From positions 109,618,001-109,682,000 of the forward strand of contig NC_086097.1 in the NCBI RefSeq assembly GCF_963921235.1: a stretch of DNA of 64,000 nt, written 5' to 3'. Source of the stretch: Mobula hypostoma (taxonomy: Eukaryota). The notes below the pieces were generated by a model that did not search any database, had not been told where the DNA came from, and saw nothing but the letters and a program-made list of their open reading frames with translations. A program made the translations under genes and the position numbers. This document shows positions 50,655 to 62,213 of this stretch, in pieces; within the stretch, counting starts at the first letter, position 1, and each line of letters starts with the position of its first letter.

Positions 50655-52135
50655 TAGATGCTCCGCTATATAGGAGACCACACCATGAGCACCAAACGCA
50701 GTAAAAGACCCCAACAGACTCACCGGTGAAGTGTCACCTCATCTGGAAGGACTGTTTGGGGCCCTGAATGGTAGTGAGGGAGGAGATGAAGGGGTAAGTG
50801 TAGCACTTATTCCACTTGCCAGGGTAAGTGTCAAGAGGGAGATCAGTGGAGAGGGATGAATGGACAAGGTAGTCGTGTAGGAAATGATCCCTGCAGAAAG
50901 CAGAAAGTGGGGGGGGGAGAGAAAGATGTGCTTGGTGGTGGGATCCCATTGGAGATGGCAGAAGTTACGGAGAATTATGTGCTGGATGTGGAGGCTAGCG
51001 GGTGGTAGGTAAGGACAAGAGGAACCATATCCCTGGTGGGATGGCGGGAGGATGGAGTGAGGACAGACACGTGCGAAGTAGAAGAGATGCGGTTGAGGGC
51101 AGCGTTGATGGTGGAGGAAGTGAAGCCCCATTCTTTGAAGGAGGACATCTCCTTCGCTCTGGAATGAAAAGCCTCATCCTGAGAGCAGATGCAATGGAAA
51201 CAGAGGAATTGAGAGAAAGGGATGACGTTTTTACAAGTGACAGTGTGGGAATAAGTATAATTCAGGCATCTGTGAGAGTCCGTGGATTTATAGTAGACAT
51301 CGGTGGATAAGCTGTCTCCAGAGATAGAGACAGAAAGATCAAGAAAGGGGAGGGAGATGTTGGAAATGGACCAGGTAAATTTGAGGGCAGGGTAGAAGTT
51401 GGAGGCAAAGTTGATGAAGTTTGTCAACTCCCTTGTTGGGGTCCATTGGGGTCATATATTGTGTCTGGTGCTCCCAGTGTGGCCTCCTGTAGTATCGGTG
51501 AGACCCAACGTAGATTGGGAGACTACCTACGTAGATTGGGAGAACACCTACACTCCATCTGCTAGAAAAAGCAAGATCTCCCAGTGGACACCCATTTTAA
51601 TTCCACTTCCCATTCTGTTATGTCCTTCCATGGCCTCCTCTACTGTGGTGATGAGGCCATCGAAGGACATAACAGAATGTTATAAGCAACACCTTATATT
51701 CCGTCTGTGTAGCCTCCAATCTGATGGCATGAACATCGTTTTCTCGAACTTCCAGTAATGGCCCGCCCTCTCCTTCACCATTCCTCATCCCCTTTTCCCT
51801 CTCTCACCTTATCTCCTTGCCTACACATCACTTTCCTCTGGTGCTCCTCCCCCTTTCTTTTTCTTCCCTGGCCTTCTGTTCTCTCCTATCAGACTCTCCC
51901 TTCTCCAGCCCTGTATCTCTTTTAGCAATCAACTCCCTAGCTCTGTACTTCACCCCTCCCCCCCCAGCTTCACCTATCACATTGTCTTTCTCCTTCCCCT
52001 CCCCTCACCTTTTAACTCCGACGTCATCTTTTTTCTCCAGTCCTGTTGAAGGGTCTCGGCCTGAAACATCGACTGTACTCTTTTCCACAGATACTGCCTG
52101 GCCTGCTGAGTTCCTCCAGCAGTTTGTCTGTGTTT
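50655..52135. mobile_element. Older PLE copy with inverted 5' half
   Basis: 50655-51430 on the minus strand encodes RT thumb and linker (NFINFASNF..LPFLDL..DVYYK). 51440-52135 on the plus strand encodes GIY-YIG and the terminus, with a hammerhead-like motif at 52038-52075. Confidence 0.88.
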
Positions 52136-52630
52136 CCTCACTCCTAATCTCCCTTTGTTCCTTCTGTTTCCTGTTTGCCCACCTCCAGCCTACCACCCTG
52201 CCTCTTTACCTCTGCTGTTTCCCTCTGTAACATCCTCTGCCTTCAGCCTCTCCATAGTTTCAACTTTCACTGCTGCTATTTTCATTCCTCTTCCTCTTGT
52301 GCCCTGTTTTTGGTTTATTGTTCTCCCTCCTGTTTCCCCATGATGTCCCTCATTGTTTTCCACTCTCCTGCATTCTCTTTTCAATCCTACTGCTCCACCA
52401 CTCCTTTTGCCTTTGGCCGTCAAATTCCTTCCTCTATTTGTCCTCCCTGCTGTTTCTGACTCTAATTTTATTCTGCTGTCCTATTCTTCCTATTTTATTT
52501 CTGACCTACTTACCCCTTCTTTTCATATCCTTACCCCATTTTTGTGCCTCCTTTCTTTATCCCAAACCAATTCATCACTCCTCTTTTAACAATTCTGTTT
52601 TTTTCTAATTTCCTTTCTTTCTTTCTTTCT
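52136..52630. repeat. Long pyrimidine-rich low-complexity tract
   Basis: About 490 nt strongly C/T-biased on the plus strand, without a fixed repeat unit. Confidence 0.7.
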
Positions 52631-54000
52631 TTTCAAATCTTTTTATTATTATTATCCAAAATTAACATGAGTACATCGAAGTAAGCAACACTTACAATGT
52701 CTCAAGAAAAGAAAACATTACTTTAAAGATTGAAAAAGATTTTGGTGATAAAAAAAATCCCTACTAAGCAAGAAAAAATGAGAAAACAAAACCCCTTTAG
52801 GTGTTCAACCCCGGAGCCATGCGTTCACACAAAAAGCTTCTAAAGATAAACATCAAACTGCCAGCAAGAAAAACAAATGTACCAAAAATTTACAATTAAA
52901 TCATGGAGGAAATCTATCACTTAACTCAAATGATAATAACGAGCAAGTGAACCCCACCTTTTCTCAAAATCAAACATAGGTTCAAAGGTTCGACTTCTAA
53001 TTTTGTCCAAACTAAGACATAGCATCACTTGAGAGAACCATTGTGAAAAAGTGGGAGCCGATGTATCCTTCCACTTCAACAAAATGGCCCTCCTAGCAAT
53101 CAATATAACAAATGCAATAACATGTTGGTCAGACAAAGAAATACCATGGATATTTTGAGGAATTATTCCAAAAAGCACAGTTAATTTGTTTGGTTGCAAA
53201 TTAATTCTAAGTGCTTTAGAAATTGTTGAAAAAACTGACTTCCAGAACTATTCCACTATAGAACAAGACCAAAATATGTGTGTCAGTGTAGTTGCCTCAG
53301 TTTTACATCTATCACAATAACTATCAACATGAGGGAATATTTTAGACAATCTCTCCTTCGTCAAATGGTATCAATGTACAATTTTAAATTGAATCAGTGA
53401 ATGACTAGCACAGATCGAAGAAGAATTAACCAGCTTCAGAATCTGCGCCCAATCCTCCATCATAAAAGTCAAATTGAGTTCCTTTTCCCAATCTTGTTTA
53501 ATCTTAAATAAAGGACGCTTATCCATTTGTAATAGTAAATTATAAATTCTTCCAGTGGAACCCTTCATCAAAGGGTTCATACTCATAATAGTATCTAACA
53601 GGTTAGCATCCAATATGTAAGGAAAATTACTTAAATATTTTTGTAAGAAATGTCTAAGTTGAAGGTATTATAAAAAGTGTGAGTATGAAAGAGAATATTT
53701 ATCAACTAATTGTTCAAAAGACATCAGTCTATCTTCTTTAAATAAATCAAAAAAAGAATTAACACCTTTATTTTTCCAAAGTAAAAAAACTGGATTACTC
53801 AAAGAAGGCTTAAAAAAGTAATTTCGATAAATTAAACTACAAAGTTTAATTTTTTTAAGATTAAAAAAATTGCAGAACTGGAGCCAAGTTTGTAAAGAAT
53901 GCTTTATCACAGGGTATAAGTTTAAATTATAAAGAGTATATAAAAAACAACCAATTCCACCAAGAGGGTAAAAACTTACCGCACTCTGATAATCCACCTT
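52620..54000 (-). mobile_element. L1-like LINE ORF2 C-terminus and 3' UTR
   Basis: KIKQDWEKEL, SLIQFKIVH, CDRC..LTHIFWSC zinc knuckle, ARRAILLKWK..SQW; A-rich tail. Confidence 0.85.
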
Positions 54001-55576
54001 TCAACATATTTATGGAATATTTGAAATTACGCTTGAGGAAAATAGTTTGTCTGTGTGGGGTATTATTTGCCTGTTCTCTCACAGGATGACAGCATTAATG
54101 ATCCTGAGAGACACTTTACTACTCTCCTTGCAGTTGTTTGTCAGCCTATTGTACCGCTGCTGTGTGAGACTGTTTAGCCCCAGGCCTGCCTACTCTGCCT
54201 ACGTCTACTGAGATCCTGTTCCAAGGCCACCTGCAGCCTGCACAACCACGGTATCTAACCTAGCAACAACCACGCCACAGTCCAGGGAGTAGAGTAGGCA
54301 ATGTGGCAGGTGGAAGATCCAGATGAAGGTTATTAACAAAGGTCATTAACTGTGAGCTGGAAATTGCATCTTTCAGTGGCACCAAAGCAGTTATTTTTTA
54401 GGTTGTCTTAAAGTTAAGTTGAAAGTTGTATAAAGAGAGAAGATTTTAGCTGCAAGGTTTACAGTACTGTTGGGCTTCCCTGCATAATGCTGTGCTGACA
54501 TTGTCAAAATGTGGAATTCTCTGTTAGTGTGTGCAAATTGTAACAGATGTTAGCATCTAGCGCAGCAGACAAGATATTTGCCCTTAAAGGTACATTCACA
54601 ATAAACACTAAACCACACTCTTCCTGCTAAAGGTCATTACTTACTGAGTGGATGCCATCCAGATGGGTGAAGCAGCTGGAAGAATGCTGCTAGTGATGGG
54701 GGCACAACAACAATGACCATAGGAGTATGCTGTTTGTGTATAGGAGCCACAGAGACCCTTCAGGCACTCCTGGTAAATGAAATGATGTGGTCTCTGAACG
54801 CATGTACTTTGAGGACGATTGCAGTGCAGGCTGTCTTTGCTCTATCTTTGGGCTGAAGGAAGAATCGACAGATACTCCTCGTCTTTGTTATAGGGTTTGG
54901 GTGGCCTCCATTACACATCAGTAAGCAACAAACTGTGAGTCATGGCTAAGATCAGCACCAACAATCTAATGCTCTTCAGACTAAGTGATTGAAATCCAAG
55001 GGTTGTATTTGAGGTCACAAATCTCACCCGGGGAGAAGATTGTACCTTGAATAGGAGGAATGGGAACCAGTGTACCAGATCACAAAGTAGAGGGATTGAG
55101 ATGATGGTAGATGTCATGACCAGTACGTCTGTAAAGAAGAACAAGAATAAGCAAGATATAATTGCCTTGCTTATGGATGGATTATGGTGTGGGGTATTTT
55201 AATGCTAGCAGTATTAGGGGTAACGGTGAGGAACTTAGAGTATGGATCAGACATGATATTATGATGGCATGGCTATTACAGAGACTTGATTAAGAGAGGG
55301 AAAGGCTGAATATATTCCATGGTTTCAATGTTCCAGAAAAGATAGAGAGGAGGGTAAAAGAGAGGGGTGGTATCACTATTAACCGGGTACTGTACTGTCC
55401 CAGCTGCACTCTGAGGGACACATTGCAGGGATTATCCACTGAGCATACCCGGGTAGAATTATGGGATTATATAACAGACCCCATAATAACCACCAGGGCA
55501 TTGAGAAGCAGATATGGAGGCATGTTAGGGAAAGGTCTAAAAACAACAGGTTTGTTGTCATGGGAGGAATCAACTT

Positions 55577-58500
55577 AGAGTCATAAAGTCATAGAAAACT
55601 ATACCACAGAAACAGACCTTTCCGCCCATCTGGTCTGTGATGAAACATTTAAACTGCCCAGTCCCATCGACCTGAAGCAGGACCATAGCCCTCCATTCCC
55701 CTACTATCCAGGTACCCATCTAAACTTCTCTTAAACATTGAAACCGAGTTCGCACCTACCACCTGCTCTGGCAGCTCATTCAACACTCCCACCACCCTCT
55801 GAGAGAAAAAGTCTCCCATCATGTTCCCCTTAAACATTTCATTTTTCACCCTTAAAGCATGACCTCTAGATGTAGTCTTTCCTAACCTCAGTGGAAGACG
55901 CCTGCATGCATTTACTCTATTGGTACCCCTCATCATTTTGTATACCTCTATTAAATCTCCGCTCCAAGTTCTACATTCCAGGGAATAAAGTTCTAACCTA
56001 TTGAATATTTCCTTAAAACTCAGGTCTTCCAGCCCTGGCAACATTCTTGTAAATTTTCTCTGAACTATTTCAAACTTATTTACATCTTTCCTGTAGGTAG
56101 GTGACTAAGAATGCAAACAATACTCCAAATTAGGCCTCACCAATGTCTTATACAACTTGAAAATAACATGTTACTACTCCCGTGCTCAATGCTTTTGTAA
56201 TGGCTTCTCTGTGAGGTTAACTGCTAAGGCTTATGTAATGGCTTCTCTGTAATGTTAATTGATGAGGTAATGGTAGCAGCAATGTTTGGGTTATAACTAG
56301 AGATGACGGGTGGCTACCCAATGGGAGAAATGCTATTCTTTCTTGTGTGTCTGGGAGCCAGGATTTTTTGCGGGCTTTCGTCGAGGAGAAGAGAAGAGGG
56401 AGGATGCATGTGGAGAGCACTGGTAGACCACCGGATGGTGCATACTGGAATCCGAGGATCCGAGGGTCGGCGACGTTTCGGCAGAGATCATTGGTGGAGG
56501 AATACCTGCTGAGTGAGCTCCGACTGATACTGGGACTTTAACTTTGGGCCCTTTCATTGTTTTGTTTATTTTCATACTAACCCTATATTCAGATTAAGAT
56601 TCATAAAGTCTATCATTTGATTGTATCTGGTGTACTGTCTGATATCTTGCATTGTGGGTTCGAGAACGGGGGCACATTACACAGCATCCACCCAAACTTG
56701 AATACCCTGTTTGGCGGGGCCAAAAGCTGGTTCGCCTAGATGAACATGAGCAGGCGAGCCTGGTGGGTTACACTTTGATTTGTGAAGATCAATGTGCCAG
56801 AAGTTTTCTTTATGATCCTATCTACCTGTGACACCACTTTCAATGAATTATGGACCTGTATTCCCAGATCCCTTTGTTCTACCGCACTCCTCAGTAACCT
56901 GCTGTTCACTGTTTAACACTGACTCTGGTTGGTCTTCCCAAAAGGGCAAAACATCACATTTGTCTTCATTTTCAGATCATTTTTCCAGCTGGTCCAGATC
57001 CCGCTACAAGCTTTGATAGCCTTCTACACTGTCCAATACATGCCCAATCTTCATGTCATTCACAAATTTGCTGAACCAATTAACCACATTATCATCCAGA
57101 TCATTGATATACTGTAGAGGACAAACAACAATAGACCCAGCATCCCTGTGGCTGTCCACTGGTAACAGGCCTTCAGTCAGAGAGTCAATCATCTACTACT
57201 GTACCACCCTTCGGCTTCTCCCACAAAGTCAATGTCCAATACAATTTACTCATCTTGAAAGCCAAGTAACTGAACCTTCTTAACCAACCTCCCATGCAGG
57301 ACCTTGTCAAATGCCTTACTGAAGTCCATGTAGACAACATCCACTGCCTTGCCTTCATCAATTTTCCTGGTAGCTTCCTTGAAAAACTCTGTAAGATTGT
57401 TTAGAATGTCCTATCATGCACAATAAAGCTATGCTGACTATTCTTAATCAGTACTTGTCAATCCAAATACCTATATCTCCCATCCCTTAGAATGCCTTCC
57501 AATAACTTTCCCACTACAGACGTCAGGCTCACCAACCTACAGTTTTCTGGCTTTTCTTCGAGCTTTTCTTAAACTTCAGAACAACGTTAGCTATCCTCCA
57601 ATTCTCCAGTACCTCACCTGTCGCTAAGGATGATTTAAATATCTCTGCCAGGGCCAGGGCAATTTCTTCACTTGCCTCCCACAGAGTCCGAGGGAACATC
57701 TTGTCAGACCCTGGGGCATCCACCACACTAATTTGCTTCAAAACAGCAAACATCTCCTCCTCTGTAATCTATATAGGGCCCAGACATTGCCACTGCGTTG
57801 CCTCACTTCTATAGACTGTGTGTCATCTCCCAAGTAAATACAGATGCAAAAGATCCATTCGAGATTTCCCCATCTCCTTTGGCTCCATGCATAGATTATC
57901 ATTCTGATTTTCCAGAGGATCAATTTAGTCCCTTGTTATCCTTTTGCTCTTTACATATCTATAGAAGCCCTTGGGATTTTCCTTCACCTTGTCTGCTAGA
58001 GCAACTTCATGCCTTCTCTTAGCCCTCTTGATTTCTTCCTTAAGTGCTCTCTTGCATTTCTTATGCTCCTCAAGTATCTCATTTGTTCCTACCTGCCTAT
58101 ACCTGCTATGTACCTCTCAATAACCAAAGTTTGCTAAACCTGTTATCCTTAACTTTTATTTTGACAGGCACATACAAGTTTTGTACTCTCAAAATTTCAC
58201 TTATGAAGGCCTCTCACTTAGAAGTACACCTTTGCCAAAAAACAGCCTGTCCCAGATCCTTTCTGATACCATCAAAATTGTCCTTTCTCCAATTTTGAAA
58301 CACAATCTGAGGACCAGAACTATCTTTTTTGCATATTTATTTGAAAGTAATGGCATTATGAACACTAGATGCAAAGTGTTCCCCTACACAAACTTCTGTC
58401 ACCTTCCCTGTCTCATTCCCGAACAGCAGCTGAAGTATCGCATTCTCTCTTGTTGGGACTTCTATGTACTGATTAAGAAAACTTTCCTGAACACATTTTA

Positions 58501-60200
58501 TAAACTCTATCCCATCTAGTCCTTTTACAGTACGGGATTCCCAGTCAATACGTGGTAAGTTAAAATCACCTACTATAACAACATTATGTTTCTTGCAACA
58601 GTTTACGATCTCTCTACAAATTTGTTCCTCAAAATTTCCTGGACTGTTGGGTGGTTATAATATATCCCCATTAATACCTTTTCATATTCCTCAGTTCAGC
58701 CCATAGGACCTCACTAGATGAGTTCTCCAGTCTGTCCTGACTGAGCACTGCTGTGACATTTTCCCTGACTAGTAACGTCACCCCTTCCCCTTCAATTCCT
58801 CCCACTCTATCACTAAAGCAAAAGAACTCTGAAATATTGACCCGCTACTTCTGCCCCTCCTGCAACCAAGTCTCACTAATGGCTCCAAAATCAGAATTCC
58901 ATATGCTGATCCATGCCCTGAGATCAGCTACCTTTCCTACAATACTTCTTGCATTGAAATATACACAGCTCAGAACATTAGCCCCACCATGCTTAACTTT
59001 TCGATTCCTGACTTCTTTGTATGTAGGCTTAACAATATCTTTCCCCACAACCCCACTCCACTATCTATCTGCTCTGGCACTCTGGTTCCCATCGCTCTGC
59101 AACTCATTTAACCTCACCCCCCCTTCTCCCCATGCAGCACTCACAAACCTTCCCTCAAGGATACTAGTCCCCCTCCAATTCAGATACAGACCATTGCATC
59201 TATACAGGTCCCACCTTCCCTGGAAGAGAGCCCAATGATCCAAAAATCTGATGCCCTCCCTCCTACACCAACTCATTAGTCACATGTTAAACTGTATAAT
59301 CTTCCTACTTCTGGCCTCACTAGCACGTGGCATGGGTAACAATCCTGAGATCACAACCCTGGAGGTCCTATCCTTTAACTCAGTACCTAACTCCCTGAAC
59401 TTGTTTTGCAGAATCTTGTTCTCTTCCTACCTCAAGTTCAAAGTTCAAAGTCCATATATTATCAAAGTACGTGTGTTATCAACCTTGAGATACGTTTCCT
59501 TGCAGACATTACCTCTGTCATTTGGACCAATATGGACTACGACCTCTGGTTGCTCACTCTCTCACTTAAAAATGCTGAGGACTCACTCCAAGATATCCTG
59601 GACCCTGCCACCCAGGAGGCAACATATCATTAGGGAATCTTGTTCTCATCCGCAAAACCTTCTTCCTGTTCCCCTAACTAATAAATCGCCTATTCTCCTT
59701 CCTTCCCTTCTGAGCCACAGAGCCAAACTTAGTGCCAGAGACCGGACCACTGTGACTTCCCTCTGCTAGGTCATCCTTCCCAACAGTATCCAAAGAGATA
59801 TACCTGTTGTTGAGGGGGACGGCTACAGAGGTACTCTGCACTGGCTGTTTCACCCGCCTGACTGTCACCCAGTTTCCTATGCTCCTCACCTTGGGTGTAA
59901 CTCCCTCTCTATATGTCCTCTCTATGATCCCCTCACCATCTCAAATAATCCAGACTTCATCCAGTTCCAGCTCCATCTCCTTAATGCAGAGTATTTGAAG
60001 CTGCAGCTGGATGCACATCTTGCAGATTAAGTCATCTAGGGCACTGGAGGTCTCCTTGCCTTCCCACATCTCTCAAGAGGAACATTGAACTATTTTATGT
60101 GGCATCCCTACCATCCTAACTGTGCAATTGTAAAGAAGGGAACAATAAATTAACTGGAAAAAATCTACTCCCAGCGTTTCTCCTTCTCTCGCTGAAGCCT
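55577..60200 (-). mobile_element. Long decayed CR1 LINE: ORF1 (SGNH esterase-like), ORF2 endonuclease and RT, 3' UTR
   Basis: WCRREGIRFLDHWALFQGRWDLY..GLYLNWRGT (ORF1); CVYFNARSIVGK..AISETWL; APGSDKMFPRTL; YINDLDDNVVNWFSKF; GDLIEVYKMMRG. Confidence 0.9.
56196..56772 (+). mobile_element. Solo LTR inserted in CR1
   Basis: TGTAA...TTACA termini; 4-bp TSD CTTT (56192-56195, 56773-56776); CR1 sequence is continuous on both sides. Confidence 0.85.
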
Positions 60201-60369
60201 CAGAGAGCTCAGGCCTCAACTCTCCACCCTAAGACAATAAACCGAATGAATGTGGGGGGGGGGTGCGTGGAGGGAGGGGAAGTGTAATAATCACCTCTCC
60301 CATCTGTCCATCTGTACGTGATGGAGTTAGTTCGTCTGTCATCATGGACCAAATGTTTGCCGCTATATA

Positions 60370-61229
60370 CAGTGGCATTCAAAAGTTTGGTACCCCAGTC
60401 AAAATTTCTGTTACTGTGAATAGCCAAATGAGTAAAAGATGAACTGATTTCCAAAAGGCATAAAGTTAAAGATGACACATTTCTTTAATATTTTAAACAA
60501 GAAAACTTTTTTATTTCCATCTTTTATAGTTTCAAAATAACAAAAAAGGAAAAGGGCACGAAGCAAAAGTTTGGGCACCCTCCATGGTCAGTACTTAGTA
60601 ACACCCCCTTTGGCAAGTATCACAGCTTGTAAACACTTTTTGTAGCCAGCTAATAGTCTTTCAATTCTTGTTTGGGGGATTTTCGCCCATTCTGCCTTGC
60701 AAAAGGCTTCTAGTTCTGTGAGATTCTTGGGCTGTCTTGCATGCACTGCTCTTTTGAGGTCTATCCACAGATTCTCTATGACGTTTAGGTCAGGGGACTG
60801 TGAGGGCCATGGCAAAACCTTCAGCTTGTGCCTCTTGAGGTAGTCCATTGTGGATTTTGAGGTGTGTTTAAGATCATTATCCTGTTGTAGAAACCATCCA
60901 CTTTTCATCTTCAGCTTTTTTACAGACGGTGTGATGTTTGCTTCCAGAATTTGCTGGTGTTTAATTGAATTCATTCTTCCCTCTACCAGTAAATGTTCCC
61001 CGTGCCTCTGGCTGCAACACAAGCCCAAAGCATGATCGATCTATCCCTGTGCTTAACAGTTGGAGAGGGGTTCTTTTCATGAAGTTCTGCACCCTTTTTT
61101 CTCCAAACATACCTTTGCTCATTGCGGCCAAAATGTTCTATTCAACGGGTTCAAAGGAACATCTAAACAAGCCTGATGTATTTGGGAATCAAGTCCTATG
61201 GACTGATGAAGTTAAAATAGAACTTTTTG
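60370..61229 (-). mobile_element. Tc1 (DD34E) DNA transposon, one end plus catalytic-domain remnant
   Basis: TA then CAGTGGCATTCAAAAGTTTGG; inner repeat CAAAAGTTTGGGCACCC at ~60564-60580; ORF 60588-61028 with QQDNDLKH..WPSQSPDLNVIENLW (34 residues between D and E). Confidence 0.9.
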
Positions 61230-61296
61230 AGTCAGTAAAGATCTCCAGGAGGTACAACTTGAGGAACAAATGTGAATAATACTATTGAATAACGAC

Positions 61297-62004
61297 TGTA
61301 GCCTCCTGGTAAGCCTCAGGCTCGCTCGGCTCGTTTACTTCCAGAGGGAGCAGCCTTCGGCCCCACCAAACTGGGTAATCAAGTTTGTGTGGATGCTGTG
61401 TGATGTACCCCACCACACCAAATAACAGACAGTACACCATATGCGATTAAATGATTACACTTTATATGTATTTCTTGGTGATGGGTTAGTAGAAACAAAT
61501 ACAGTAAAGGCGCCAAGTCAGTAACTCGATCAGTTCTGTGCACAAATAATTTGTTGGAGTGCTTATAGAACCAGATCTCCCTTTCCTCTGGTCGATGTCC
61601 TCCTATCTCCGCCGACCCTCGAATGGGACCACCCTTGGTGGTCGACCAAACGCTCCACACGAGTCTGTCCTCATTTTCTCTCCTTGCCAAAGACCCTGGG
61701 CCTCGGACTCCCGCTCAGGGTCCATTCTGTCGCCCAGCTTACCGCATCACGTCTCCTCTCTCTGTCCCCATTGCGCCTTCTGCCCAAAGCCCGCGAAAGC
61801 AATAGCTTACAGACACACAAGAAAGAATAACATCTATCCCAACTGGTTAGCAAATGAATACAATTCTCCTAATCAGTAATTATAACCCAAACAAGCTGCT
61901 ACCGTTAACTCAGCAGTTAACATTACAGAGAAGTCATTTTATTATAACATAACAAAGAAGCCATTTTATTAGCCTTAGCAGTAACATAAAAAAAACCCCT
62001 TACA
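61297..62004 (-). mobile_element. Solo LTR, related to 56196-56772
   Basis: TGTA...TACA termini; flanks CGAC/CTAC (one mismatch); shares tggtgtactgtctg with the 56 kb LTR in opposite orientation. Confidence 0.65.
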
Positions 62005-62064
62005 CTACCATTGAACATGTTTTTTTTATGCCAGTTATAAAAGACAGTGCCTCGCAGCTTATAC

Positions 62065-62213
62065 CTCAAAACTATTACTTGCCGCTTATCAGCTAGAGCT
62101 GGAACTTTGTTTAGGATTTGCTGTATGCAATTACTGACTGCTTTAATTCCAGCGGCAGAATAATTCCATTCAGCGTTCTTATCACTCAATCCTGCCGACT
62201 TGTCCCCGAACAC
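62065..62213 (-). CDS. Candidate coding exon (149 nt) VFGDKSAGLSDKNAEWNYSAAGIKAVSNCIQQILNKVPALADKRQVIVL of an unidentified gene
   Basis: Good acceptor attttcttctgacag, donor GAG|gtataa, fully open frame, protein-like composition, non-repeat sequence. Confidence 0.5.
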
